Origin: a virus
Taxonomy: Duplodnaviria; Caudoviricetes
Reading direction: 5' to 3' (one strand)
Length of the DNA stretch: 24,519 nt
IMG/VR virus record: IMGVR_UViG_3300014885_000014
Span: 1 to 24,519 of that record
The notes below the pieces were generated by a model. The model saw only the letters and a program-made list of their open reading frames with translations, was not told the DNA's origin and ran no database searches. Position numbers and translations under genes: made by a program. How positions within the stretch are numbered: position 1 is the first letter of the stretch; each line of letters starts with the position of its first letter. Positions 16,635-24,243 of this stretch are shown here, piece after piece.

Positions 16635-16904
16635 ATGATCGACAAAACATTTAACGCCGTCGAGAAGTGGCGGCGCGACGCGGGGCTTTCGGTCCCGGAC
16701 GTCGCTTCGAAGGTCTGGTCCTCGCCCGCGCTGGTTTACCGCGCCGAACGCGGCGAGCCGATCCGACGAAAATTCATCGATCGTTTTGTTTCGGTCAGTG
16801 GGGGCATCCTGACCGACGCGGACTTCGTCGAAGCCTCGAAAACCAAAGCAAAAAGGAAGACGAATGGCAAAGCGCGGAAAAGCCGGCGACCAACTCGCCG
16901 TTAA
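16635..16904 (+). CDS. Cro/XRE-like HTH regulator
   Basis: Start reassigned to ATG 16635; VEKWRRDAGLSVPDVASKVWSSPALVYRAERG..P...VSGG.LT..DF. Confidence 0.82.
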   Translation: MIDKTFNAVEKWRRDAGLSVPDVASKVWSSPALVYRAERGEPIRRKFIDRFVSVSGGILTDADFVEASKTKAKRKTNGKARKSRRPTRR

Positions 16905-17361
16905 CGATTTCAGCAATGACGACGCCCAGCAATATTTCGACCGGCTGGACGAAATAAACGCACGGATGCGCGAGGAAGCGGCGTCCGGCCGCGGCGACAT
17001 GAACGCTGTCTATGACGAAATGGTCGACGACCTGGGCGTGACCAAGGAATCGGCGAAGTTTCTCTGGGCGCGCCATGCGGCCGAACGCCGGTTCCAGAAC
17101 AAAGCTAAGAAAATGGACAAGGTCGATCGGCAATCGCTCGAGCGTTTCGCCGACTCGATGGACGGAACGCCGTTCGGCGACTGGGCGAAAGACGCCGCCC
17201 AGCTGTCGGAAGACGCCGCCGACGAAGGCGGTCAGGAAACCATGACCAAGACGCCGAAACCCAAGAAGGCGAAGACGCCGAAGGCCAAGAAACCCAAGAA
17301 GGCGAAGACGCCCAAGGGCGGCGACGCCGGCACCGGCGAAGCGACGGACGGCGAGGAATAA
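16864..17361 (+). CDS. GapR/DUF2312-like DNA-binding protein with Lys/Pro-rich tail
   Basis: RBS AAGGAAG; QQYFDRLDEI...DMNAVYDE..DDLGV.K pattern resembles GapR (distant, judged by eye); PKKAKTPK repeats. Confidence 0.55.
   Translation: MAKRGKAGDQLAVNDFSNDDAQQYFDRLDEINARMREEAASGRGDMNAVYDEMVDDLGVTKESAKFLWARHAAERRFQNKAKKMDKVDRQSLERFADSMDGTPFGDWAKDAAQLSEDAADEGGQETMTKTPKPKKAKTPKAKKPKKAKTPKGGDAGTGEATDGEE
17256..17312 (+). repeat. Two exact 24-bp direct repeats (GAAACCCAAGAAGGCGAAGACGCC), period 33
   Basis: Copies at 17256-17279 and 17289-17312, encoding KPKKAKTP. Confidence 0.9.
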
Positions 17362-17364
17362 AAA

Positions 17365-17892
17365 ATGCGGACCGGGTTCTTCGACCTTGCGACGCTGACC
17401 GGCTACGCCTGCGGATCCGCGGCGTCCGGGGTCGAAGAATACGGGACATTTCGCCTTCCGAAGACCGGCGAGGATTACGGGGAATGGTTAAAGGTCGCTC
17501 TTGGGACCTTCGGCTATCAGATCAACCGGATGAAACTCGAGTCGGTCTGGTATTCGTCGCCGATCATGCCGTCGACGACGTCCCTTCAAACCTGTCGCAA
17601 GCTCTACACGCTGCCGCCGGCGCTCGAGCTCGCCGCCCAGCGATTGAAGATCCGCCACATTCGGGAAGCGAACGAAGGCGAAATCCTGACTCACTTCCTG
17701 GGGACCGGGAACGTCCCGCGGAAACGCGAGGCCAAGAAGGCGGCGACGAAGGTGAAGGCGCGATCGCGCGGCTGGAAGCCGAACGACGACAACGAAGCGG
17801 ACGCGCTCGCCGGGCTGGACTATGCGATCGCCTGTATGACGCCGGACTATGCGCTGAAGGGGACAGGGCTTTTCGGGGAAATGGGACGATGA
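17365..17892 (+). CDS. RuvC-like Holliday junction resolvase
   Basis: FFDLATLTGYA N-terminal strand, FLGTGN..KKA, DDNEADALA. Confidence 0.78.
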   Translation: MRTGFFDLATLTGYACGSAASGVEEYGTFRLPKTGEDYGEWLKVALGTFGYQINRMKLESVWYSSPIMPSTTSLQTCRKLYTLPPALELAAQRLKIRHIREANEGEILTHFLGTGNVPRKREAKKAATKVKARSRGWKPNDDNEADALAGLDYAIACMTPDYALKGTGLFGEMGR

Positions 17893-18092
17893 CAGATATC
17901 CGCTATGAGTGGAACCCGCGATCCGGGTCCGACAACTATTACGACGCCGACGCGCCCGAACCCGAACCCGTCCGCGGCGAAGGCGAAATCGTCGGGTCCT
18001 ACAATGACGAACACCGCGGACCCTGTTTCATTCTTTTGGAAGACGGCGACTTCCGGATCATGGCGATTTCCGCCTGTAAGCCGATCCCATGA
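17889..18092 (+). CDS. Hypothetical protein (67 aa)
   Basis: ATGA coupling at both ends; MTDIRYEWNP... Confidence 0.7.
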   Translation: MTDIRYEWNPRSGSDNYYDADAPEPEPVRGEGEIVGSYNDEHRGPCFILLEDGDFRIMAISACKPIP

Positions 18093-18349
18093 CCCGCGGC
18101 CGCCTTCCGTCCGGATCCTGGATCGAAGCCGGGTCGCGCTACCGGACGCGGGACGGCGTCGTCGTCCAGGTCGTCGACGTCCAGGACACCGGCTTAAGGG
18201 CGGTCGACCTGAAGGGCCGCGACGCGGGGCCGGCGCTTCTGATCACGGTCGAAGAACCCGACGGCGGCCGCTATGCGACGTATGGGGACGGCCGCTATCT
18301 GTTCCACAAGACCGACGATCGCGATCTGATCCGGCGGGCGTTCAAGTGA
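18089..18349 (+). CDS. Hypothetical protein (86 aa)
   Basis: Coupled; GSRYRTRDG..VQVV and YGDGRY...DLI beta-rich pattern. Confidence 0.75.
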   Translation: MTRGRLPSGSWIEAGSRYRTRDGVVVQVVDVQDTGLRAVDLKGRDAGPALLITVEEPDGGRYATYGDGRYLFHKTDDRDLIRRAFK

Positions 18350-18660
18350 ACCGCGGGCGGCCGCCCGAACCCATGCTGTTTTCGCGCGCCGAATGTCATG
18401 GCGCGCCGGCGCGGTCCCCGGAAACCGACGCGATCTATTTCGCCGTGATGTATCTTCGATCGATCGGCCGGCGGGTCTATCGATCCGGGCCCAAGTTTCA
18501 CCTAGTCGACGGTAAACGCGTTTCAACTTGGCGCCTGACCCAGCTGGGCGGGACGCAATACCTATGGAATTCGCCGGCGCGCGCCGCGGCGGATGGTTCG
18601 AAATCGGCCGCAACAGAGAAGGAACGAAGCAATGAGTCGGAAAATGCCGGGCGCCGCTGA
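18346..18660 (+). CDS. Hypothetical protein
   Basis: GTG 18346 overlaps the upstream TGA; AVMYLRSIGRRVYR..HLVDGKRV. Confidence 0.62.
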   Translation: MNRGRPPEPMLFSRAECHGAPARSPETDAIYFAVMYLRSIGRRVYRSGPKFHLVDGKRVSTWRLTQLGGTQYLWNSPARAAADGSKSAATEKERSNESENAGRR

Positions 18661-18997
18661 TCGGCGCGACAGCAAAGGGAAGTTTGACGTCAAGAAATTC
18701 CTCGCCGGCGACGCCGCCGCGAAGGACGCGATCGCGTCCGGGGAAACGAAGGTCCGGAAGGTCGTCATCGAGGAAGGCCGGGACGGCGTCGTTTCGGTCA
18801 GGATCGCCCGGGAACACCGGGTCCATGGCAAGAACAGCAAAAACCCGGACGCCGGTTTGCCGGCGAGTCTTATGCTCGCGCTGGCGGACTTGCTGAAGTC
18901 GGTCGTCGGCGGCGGCGAATTCACCGTCGTTCGGGACGAAGAAAAGGGCGACGTCGGGAAGGACACGCTCGAAATGGACCTGAAGCCGGTCGCCTAA
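18632..18997 (+). CDS. Hypothetical protein
   Basis: ATG 18632 with RBS AAGGA; last gene before a hairpin. Confidence 0.72.
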   Translation: MSRKMPGAADRRDSKGKFDVKKFLAGDAAAKDAIASGETKVRKVVIEEGRDGVVSVRIAREHRVHGKNSKNPDAGLPASLMLALADLLKSVVGGGEFTVVRDEEKGDVGKDTLEMDLKPVA

Positions 18998-19024
18998 ATA
19001 ATCGTGTCGCGATATTCTCGCCTT

Positions 19025-19056
19025 GACGGCCGGGATCCGAAGGGGTTCCGGCCGTC
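19025..19056 (+). terminator. GC-rich hairpin, probable terminator or processing site
   Basis: GACGGCCGGGATCC-GAAG-GGGTTCCGGCCGTC, 14-bp stem with two G.U pairs; U-tract is weak. Confidence 0.55.
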
Positions 19057-19077
19057 GTCGTTTACGCCGAATTAAAC

Positions 19078-19106
19078 TTGTAAACTTAGAATTCCGGGCG
19101 TATCGT
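19078..19106 (+). promoter_or_regulatory. Sigma70-like promoter TTGTAA-N17-TATCGT
   Basis: -35 at 19078-19083, -10 at 19101-19106, in an AT-rich intergenic patch. Confidence 0.65.
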
Positions 19107-19178
19107 TCCCGGGTTCGCTGGAACACCGGGCGCCTATCCATCGGGGATATGGGACGGTCAGAAGGAAAGAACCCCAAA

Positions 19179-19370
19179 ATGAATATCCTCTCATTTCACG
19201 TTTTCACGACGCGCGACGGCGGGCTTTGGCTGTCGGACGACGAAAAGACCTGGACGTCGCGCTTCCTCGACTCGGCCGCCTTCACGTCCGCGGAGCTCGC
19301 CAAGGATATCGGCGAACGCGAGGAAACGCCGGCCGACACGATCTATGTCTTCGCGTGCATGGGGAGCTAA
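19179..19370 (+). CDS. Hypothetical protein (63 aa)
   Basis: ATG 19179 with AAGGA upstream; WLSDDEKTWTSRFLDSAAFTSAELA. Confidence 0.7.
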   Translation: MNILSFHVFTTRDGGLWLSDDEKTWTSRFLDSAAFTSAELAKDIGEREETPADTIYVFACMGS

Positions 19371-19412
19371 GGCCCATGGACACGAACGAATGCCGGCGAG
19401 GGGGCGCGCGTC

Positions 19413-19664
19413 GTGAAGCCGGTCTTTCTTCGCCGTGAACCCGCCTTCGCCTGGGCGTCGCGCTATCGGAAGGTCGTCGCATATGTCGACCAAGCGGCGA
19501 CCCAGGCGATTCGGGAATGGTCCGCTTTCGACAAGCGTCGTCCGCGGCCGCCGATCAAAAATATCCAGATCCCGGTCGGCACGACCGGCGCGTCCCTCGA
19601 ACACTGGCTGGTCAAGTGGCTCGCCGATCTTTCAACACAAGGGGAATCCAATGGCACACCGTAA
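19413..19664 (+). CDS. Hypothetical protein (83 aa)
   Basis: GTG start after GAGGGGG; fills the gap between neighbours. Confidence 0.62.
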   Translation: MKPVFLRREPAFAWASRYRKVVAYVDQAATQAIREWSAFDKRRPRPPIKNIQIPVGTTGASLEHWLVKWLADLSTQGESNGTP

Positions 19665-20166
19665 AAATTCCGAACTTCTCGCCGATCCGCGGGCCCAGTT
19701 TATGACCGGGATCGAAAAGCAACGCCTGTATATTCTCAGGATCCTGTCGTCGCTTCGGGACTGTCCGAATTGCGCGCACCGCCTGAACTATTTCGACGCC
19801 ATGTTCCGCGGCGGCGACGTCGACGCGATGGATCTGACCAAGACCCAGGCGACGGATCACGTCGGGACCTGTCCCAGCTGTAAGCGCGGCTTGCTCTATA
19901 CGCTGCCGTTTATTGGCGATTGGTATTTCAGGCTTGTCCCGGCGGAAACCGACGACCGCCGGGCGACGGCCGCCTTTTTCCCGATCGGTCATAGGGTCAG
20001 GTTCGACTTCCCGACGGGGCGCCCGGGTCATCATTGCGTCGGGCTCGGCAAGGTCGCCGCCGTCATCATCAACCGCGCTTTACAGGCCGAATATGACGTC
20101 GACGCCGGCGCCGGCGAAATCGTCCGCGTCATGGCGGAACACATTCAAGACGCGGGGCGGTCATGA
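19651..20166 (+). CDS. Zn-binding (CPNC...CPSC) protein with C-terminal small beta-barrel-like domain
   Basis: ATG 19651 with AAGGGG RBS; two CxxC motifs; FPIGHRVRF...GKVAAV...YDV. Confidence 0.72.
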   Translation: MAHRKNSELLADPRAQFMTGIEKQRLYILRILSSLRDCPNCAHRLNYFDAMFRGGDVDAMDLTKTQATDHVGTCPSCKRGLLYTLPFIGDWYFRLVPAETDDRRATAAFFPIGHRVRFDFPTGRPGHHCVGLGKVAAVIINRALQAEYDVDAGAGEIVRVMAEHIQDAGRS

Positions 20167-20360
20167 CCCGGGACGACGACGCCAAGGCCGATCGCTGGAA
20201 CGACGGCGCGCTGGACGCACTTCGGGGCGCGATCCAGAAATCGAACGACCCGGACTATCTCGAGGGCTACGCCCGCGGGCTCGAGCTCTCGAAAGTCCGC
20301 GCCGTCATGCCTGAACGCCCGGAAGGGTACTATCACGCGCCGATCGGCGCCTTTGATTGA
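20163..20360 (+). CDS. Hypothetical protein (65 aa)
   Basis: ATGA coupling; WNDGALDALRG...DYLEGYARG. Confidence 0.72.
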   Translation: MTRDDDAKADRWNDGALDALRGAIQKSNDPDYLEGYARGLELSKVRAVMPERPEGYYHAPIGAFD

Positions 20361-20372
20361 AAGGGGAAACCA

Positions 20373-20489
20373 ATGCACCCGGACCACGAACTGACGAAGC
20401 TCGGCTGTTGCCTGATCGGCGCCGCCGTTTGCTGGTATCTGATCTTTTCCTGGATCATCGCGCCGCTGGCCGGGCTTCCGCCGGGCTGA
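20373..20489 (+). CDS. 38-aa Cys-containing single-TM peptide (not in ORF track)
   Basis: RBS AAGGGG; MHPDHELTKLGCCLIGAAVCWYLIFSWIIAPLAGLPPG; followed by a terminator. Confidence 0.65.
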   Translation: MHPDHELTKLGCCLIGAAVCWYLIFSWIIAPLAGLPPG

Positions 20490-20531
20490 TATAAAATCCG
20501 GGCCCATGTTGGGGCTATGCGTGCCGCCGCG

Positions 20532-20568
20532 AAAAGGGCGCCCGATCTGATCACCGGGCGCCCTTTTT
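20532..20568. terminator. Intrinsic terminator, potentially bidirectional
   Basis: AAAAGGGCGCCCG-N10-CGGGCGCCCTTTTT, with an A-tract before and a T-tract after. Confidence 0.88.
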
Positions 20569-20776
20569 GTTTGTGGAAAAGGCGGGGACGTTTCGCGAAC
20601 GCCGAAAGAAATCCCCGCGAATAGCGATTCGTTCTCTTGATCTTTTCAAGTTTATCGGTCGACATGGGAATCGCGAGAAGGTTTTACCTAATCGCTGAAA
20701 TCGCCGGCCGGTCCTTCGACGTGCTGGTCAGAGGATCGCCGGCGGTTTCGCCTTCAGCACGGGGCGGGGCCAAATC

Positions 20777-22276
20777 TTGAACGATATTTCAGCACCGGGC
20801 GATTCCTCGCCCCAGCTGTACGACGTCGATCTGGAACAGGCGCTTATAGGCGCGCTGATGGTCGACAACACCCAGATAGATCGGGCGCGCGGATCCCTGG
20901 TCGCCTGGGACATGTACGATCCTTTCCATCAAAGGGTCATTTCCCAGATCTTCGAAGACCACGACGCCGGCCGGGTCGTCACGCCGCTGACGCTTCGGTC
21001 CGCCATGAAATTCGATCCCGCGATCGAAATCGTCGGCGAAGGATATCTGGTCAGTCTCGCGCGCGCCGCGCCGGCGCTTCCGAACGTCCCGGACTATTGC
21101 AGGATCATCGCCGAATGGCGGCTGAAGCGGGACGCCTTCGAAGCCTGTCGCATGGTCCAGGACGCGATCTTGTCGCCGGGCTATTCGGTCGCGAACGCGC
21201 TTCAGCCGATCGTCGAGATATTCGACGCCGCGGCGGCCGCAAGCGAACCGGCCGATCGATCGCAATCCGCCGGCGATGCCGCCGATCGAATGTTTCGCGA
21301 GCTCGAGGAAGCCTCGATCGCCGACAGGTCGGTCGCCTGTCCGACGGGGGTCGACGCGCTGGACGAAATCATCGGCGGTCTGTTCCCGGAAAACCTGATC
21401 ATCGTCGCCGGCCGTCCCGGAATGGGAAAGTCGATCCTGGGCGGGAAGTTTGCGCTCGAGGCGGCGCGCGCCGGGTTCTTCGCCGACTGGTATTCGCTCG
21501 AAATGTCCGGGAAAGAGTGCGCCGCGCGGGTCATATGCGATGTCGACTTCGACAGGGCGATCGAGAAGGGCGCCCGCGGGCTCGCCTACAATCGGCTGTC
21601 GCACCATCGCCGCGGCCGAAGCCTCACTGACGCCGAATGGCAACGCGCCATGGAAGCGCGGCAAGAGCTCGGGTCGCTTCCGATCCACATAACGGACCGC
21701 GATCGCCTGACTATGGCGCAAATCGCCGGGCTTGCTCGAGCTCGCGCCGCCCGATCGGAACACGGGCGCCGGCGCGTCATAATCATCGATCACCTGGGGC
21801 TGATCGACCCGTCCGATCGATACCGCGGCCGCAAGGTCGACGAACTGTCCGAAATAACGAAATCCGCGAAGCAACTCGCGAAGTCCCTGAAGTGTCCCGT
21901 CGTCCTCTTGTCCCAGCTGTCGCGCGACGTCGAGAAGCGGGACGACAAACACCCAGGCTTGGCGGATCTTCGGGACTCGGGGTCGATCGAACAGGACGCC
22001 GACGTCGTGCTGTTCCCGTTCCGCCCGGAATATTACGCGAAACAGGCGATCCGGAACGCCCGGTCGACCGAACAGAAGGCGACCGCGGAATTCAACGCGA
22101 ACCGCGATCGAAACCTGATCGAAATCGACGTCGCCAAGAATCGCCACGGTCCGACGGACATGGTTTCCGCCTGGGTCGAAATTCGGTCGTCCGTCATCCG
22201 CAATTCCGCGCCCGGCGAGAAGTCATCCGGGCCACAAGCGGCGATCGACTTCGGGGTTCCAGAAATCAGGGGGTAA
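20777..22276 (+). CDS. dnaB: Replicative DNA helicase, DnaB family
   Basis: EQALIGALM N-domain, Walker A GRPGMGKS (21410-21433), SLEMS, IIIDHLGLI, LSQLSRDVEKR, DLRDSGSIEQDADVV, KNRHGP. Confidence 0.96.
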   Translation: MNDISAPGDSSPQLYDVDLEQALIGALMVDNTQIDRARGSLVAWDMYDPFHQRVISQIFEDHDAGRVVTPLTLRSAMKFDPAIEIVGEGYLVSLARAAPALPNVPDYCRIIAEWRLKRDAFEACRMVQDAILSPGYSVANALQPIVEIFDAAAAASEPADRSQSAGDAADRMFRELEEASIADRSVACPTGVDALDEIIGGLFPENLIIVAGRPGMGKSILGGKFALEAARAGFFADWYSLEMSGKECAARVICDVDFDRAIEKGARGLAYNRLSHHRRGRSLTDAEWQRAMEARQELGSLPIHITDRDRLTMAQIAGLARARAARSEHGRRRVIIIDHLGLIDPSDRYRGRKVDELSEITKSAKQLAKSLKCPVVLLSQLSRDVEKRDDKHPGLADLRDSGSIEQDADVVLFPFRPEYYAKQAIRNARSTEQKATAEFNANRDRNLIEIDVAKNRHGPTDMVSAWVEIRSSVIRNSAPGEKSSGPQAAIDFGVPEIRG

Positions 22277-22278
22277 AT

Positions 22279-22500
22279 ATGCGCGAGGGTTTTCGGGAAA
22301 TTGTCACGGGCTGGACGCTGATAAGCGGGGTCAATGACCTGACCGAAAGAATAGAACGCACGGCGAAATGGACCGAATCAAATGGCCCGCTTCACCCGGA
22401 CGAACAGGCGGTCGTTCAGCTTATGGTCGAATCTCAGATCGCGCGCGGCATCGCGCGCGGGGATTTCGAACCGTTCCTTCCTGGCGAGGGGCTCCAATGA
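22279..22500 (+). CDS. Hypothetical protein (73 aa)
   Basis: ATG 2 nt after the dnaB stop, AGGGGG RBS, coupled to the next gene. Confidence 0.7.
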   Translation: MREGFREIVTGWTLISGVNDLTERIERTAKWTESNGPLHPDEQAVVQLMVESQIARGIARGDFEPFLPGEGLQ

Positions 22501-22784
22501 CCCGACACAAAGTCACGAATCTCGCCGAAGTCTGTTTCCAGCTGATCGAGAACGCGGCGATCGCCGGCGTCCGCTGTCCCATGTCACGACCCTATGGTCC
22601 GCTCGACAGCGAGGGCGTGTCCCGCCTTGTCACTGACGGCCGGATCCGCGTCGAGATATTCCGCCAAAATTGGCGCGTCATCACGCTTCTGACGGGCCCA
22701 CACGCCGGCAAGAGCACAAAGGCGGCGCCCGGCGGCGGGATGCCTTACCGGACGCTGGGCGGCTTCCGTAGGGGCTTCGCGTGA
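22497..22784 (+). CDS. Hypothetical protein, possibly winged-helix-like
   Basis: ATG 22497 with ATGA overlap; AAIAGVRCP...VSRLVTDGRIRVE...RVIT...GKST. Confidence 0.7.
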   Translation: MTRHKVTNLAEVCFQLIENAAIAGVRCPMSRPYGPLDSEGVSRLVTDGRIRVEIFRQNWRVITLLTGPHAGKSTKAAPGGGMPYRTLGGFRRGFA

Positions 22785-22990
22785 CCTGGGTTCTGGTCCT
22801 GATCGGGGAAGGGCGGACGCTCGCGATCCCCGGCTATCTCGACCGCGGCGAGGCCGAAGCGGCGGGCGCATTCGCGTGCGATTGGAAGAACTACGACGCG
22901 GGGTCAGCGTCCTATTTCTTCGAAAAATTCGCCGTCGTTCCGGGCCCGGCGCTTCCGCGGCCGCCCGGCTTCACATTTCCAAGGCTCTGA
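22781..22990 (+). CDS. Hypothetical protein (69 aa) resembling 11897-12040
   Basis: GTGA coupling; MTWVLVLI...IPGYLD...EA...FAVVPGPA. Confidence 0.7.
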   Translation: MTWVLVLIGEGRTLAIPGYLDRGEAEAAGAFACDWKNYDAGSASYFFEKFAVVPGPALPRPPGFTFPRL

Positions 22991-22993
22991 ACC

Positions 22994-23200
22994 ATGAAAC
23001 GCAAACCGAAGCCGCGCCCGCGGGTCGTTAAGGTCGACGCCCAGATCGCGGCGGATCTTATGGAACTGAATTGGCTCGGGATGACATTCCCCGAAATGGT
23101 GGAATTCGCCTTGCGGACGTATGTCGTCGACCGCGGCGCCCACCTTGCGCGGGTCAAGTTTCGTCCGGGCTTCGGCGTTCGGAAACGCGGGAAGGGCTGA
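22994..23200 (+). CDS. Ribbon-helix-helix-like small DNA-binding protein
   Basis: RVVKVD strand, AQIAADLMEL helix, GMTFPEMVEFALRTYV second helix; basic. Confidence 0.55.
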   Translation: MKRKPKPRPRVVKVDAQIAADLMELNWLGMTFPEMVEFALRTYVVDRGAHLARVKFRPGFGVRKRGKG

Positions 23201-23202
23201 CC

Positions 23203-24243
23203 ATGTCCGGGGGATCTTGGTATCGCTGTTATCCGTCGGACTTCCTTCGCGGCTGTTTCGTGCTGACCGCCGAAGAAACCGGCGTTTATCGAACGCTGAT
23301 CGACATGATGTACGACCGGTCGGGCCCGATCGACGACGACGCGAAGGAACTCGCGCGGATCGCCGGCTGTTCGACCCGTCAATTCAAGCTGATCCGGGAC
23401 AAGCTTTTACACCTTCCCGGGAAGCTGATCCGGACACCCGACGGACGTCTTTTCAACGCCCGGACCGAACACGAAATCCGCGCCCGAAACGGCAAAGGAG
23501 AACAAAACGGGGGACAAAAATCGGACTTTAAGTCGGGTAAATCTGCCGAAAAAATCGAACTTAAAGTGGCACCAAAACGGGCTGGTTTTGAGACACAATC
23601 CAGCGAAATCAGTGACATGACCGAAAATCAGGCCATCCGCGACGCGCGCGCGCGCGAGATTCCAGATTCCATAAAGAAAGAAAGATCGCCCCCGTCCCTG
23701 GAAGATTGTCATTCGAAGGCGGAACGGTTCTGTCGGGAAGTCGGGCTTTCCCTGACGTCGGATCCTAAACACGCCCGGTTCATCGATGACCTGAACAAGC
23801 TCGAGGATCAGGGCGTCGACTTCGATCTTGATATGTTGCCAGTGATACGGGCCCGGCTCGCCGGCGGATGGAAGCCGGACCTTCAAAGGGTTTCCCCGAA
23901 CTACTTCACAAAGCCGGCGATCGCTCGAGCTCAAGCGCGCAAGGCCGGCGCTGAACAGTCGGCGAAACAGGCGTTCGAAGACACGACCGCGGATGGATGG
24001 GCGGGACGCTTTCGGTCTTGGCTGTCGTGCGGACATTGGCCTATCGGCAAGTATGGGCCCAGGCCGACGGATCCAGCATGTCGGGCGCCCGCGGACATGC
24101 TGACGAAGGCGATCGCCGCCTGGAACGCGCAAGGCTCGCACCCTCGAGAATGGTTTTGCGAGCTCGGGTCTTGCTTCAAGCCTTGGGATCGGGTCGTCGT
24201 GTTCCGGGCTGAACCTGACGGCGACAGAGGAACGTCAACATGA
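23203..24243 (+). CDS. DUF1376/YdaU-family replication initiator
   Basis: Start reassigned to ATG 23203; WYRCYPSDFL...LTAEETGVYRTLIDMMY..GPI..D.KELARI.GCS...L.N.R.E.EI. Confidence 0.85.
   Translation: MSGGSWYRCYPSDFLRGCFVLTAEETGVYRTLIDMMYDRSGPIDDDAKELARIAGCSTRQFKLIRDKLLHLPGKLIRTPDGRLFNARTEHEIRARNGKGEQNGGQKSDFKSGKSAEKIELKVAPKRAGFETQSSEISDMTENQAIRDARAREIPDSIKKERSPPSLEDCHSKAERFCREVGLSLTSDPKHARFIDDLNKLEDQGVDFDLDMLPVIRARLAGGWKPDLQRVSPNYFTKPAIARAQARKAGAEQSAKQAFEDTTADGWAGRFRSWLSCGHWPIGKYGPRPTDPACRAPADMLTKAIAAWNAQGSHPREWFCELGSCFKPWDRVVVFRAEPDGDRGTST
23503..23590. repeat. Iteron-like repeats in an A-rich segment within the initiator gene (candidate origin)
   Basis: AAAAATCGGACTTTAAGTCGG (23516-23536) vs AAAAATCGAACTTAAAGTGGC (23550-23570); CAAAACGGG at 23503 and 23573. 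Confidence 0.6.

Noticed and set aside
19072-19090. CtrA box (TTAA-N7-TTAA)
   Set aside because: Only one TTAA half-site; the second position reads AACT. The same applies at 23528.
18194-19177. 327-aa minus-strand ORF
   Set aside because: Crosses several coupled plus-strand genes and an intergenic hairpin/promoter; Arg/Pro-rich shadow composition.
19376-19438. 20-codon ORF MDTNECRRGGARREAGLSSP
   Set aside because: Too short, overlaps the next gene's start and has no supporting features.
20789-22147. 452-aa minus-strand ORF
   Set aside because: Antisense shadow of dnaB.
23644-23656. Alternating GC run as a Z-DNA or regulatory element
   Set aside because: It encodes ARAR in the initiator linker; short and unremarkable at this GC content.
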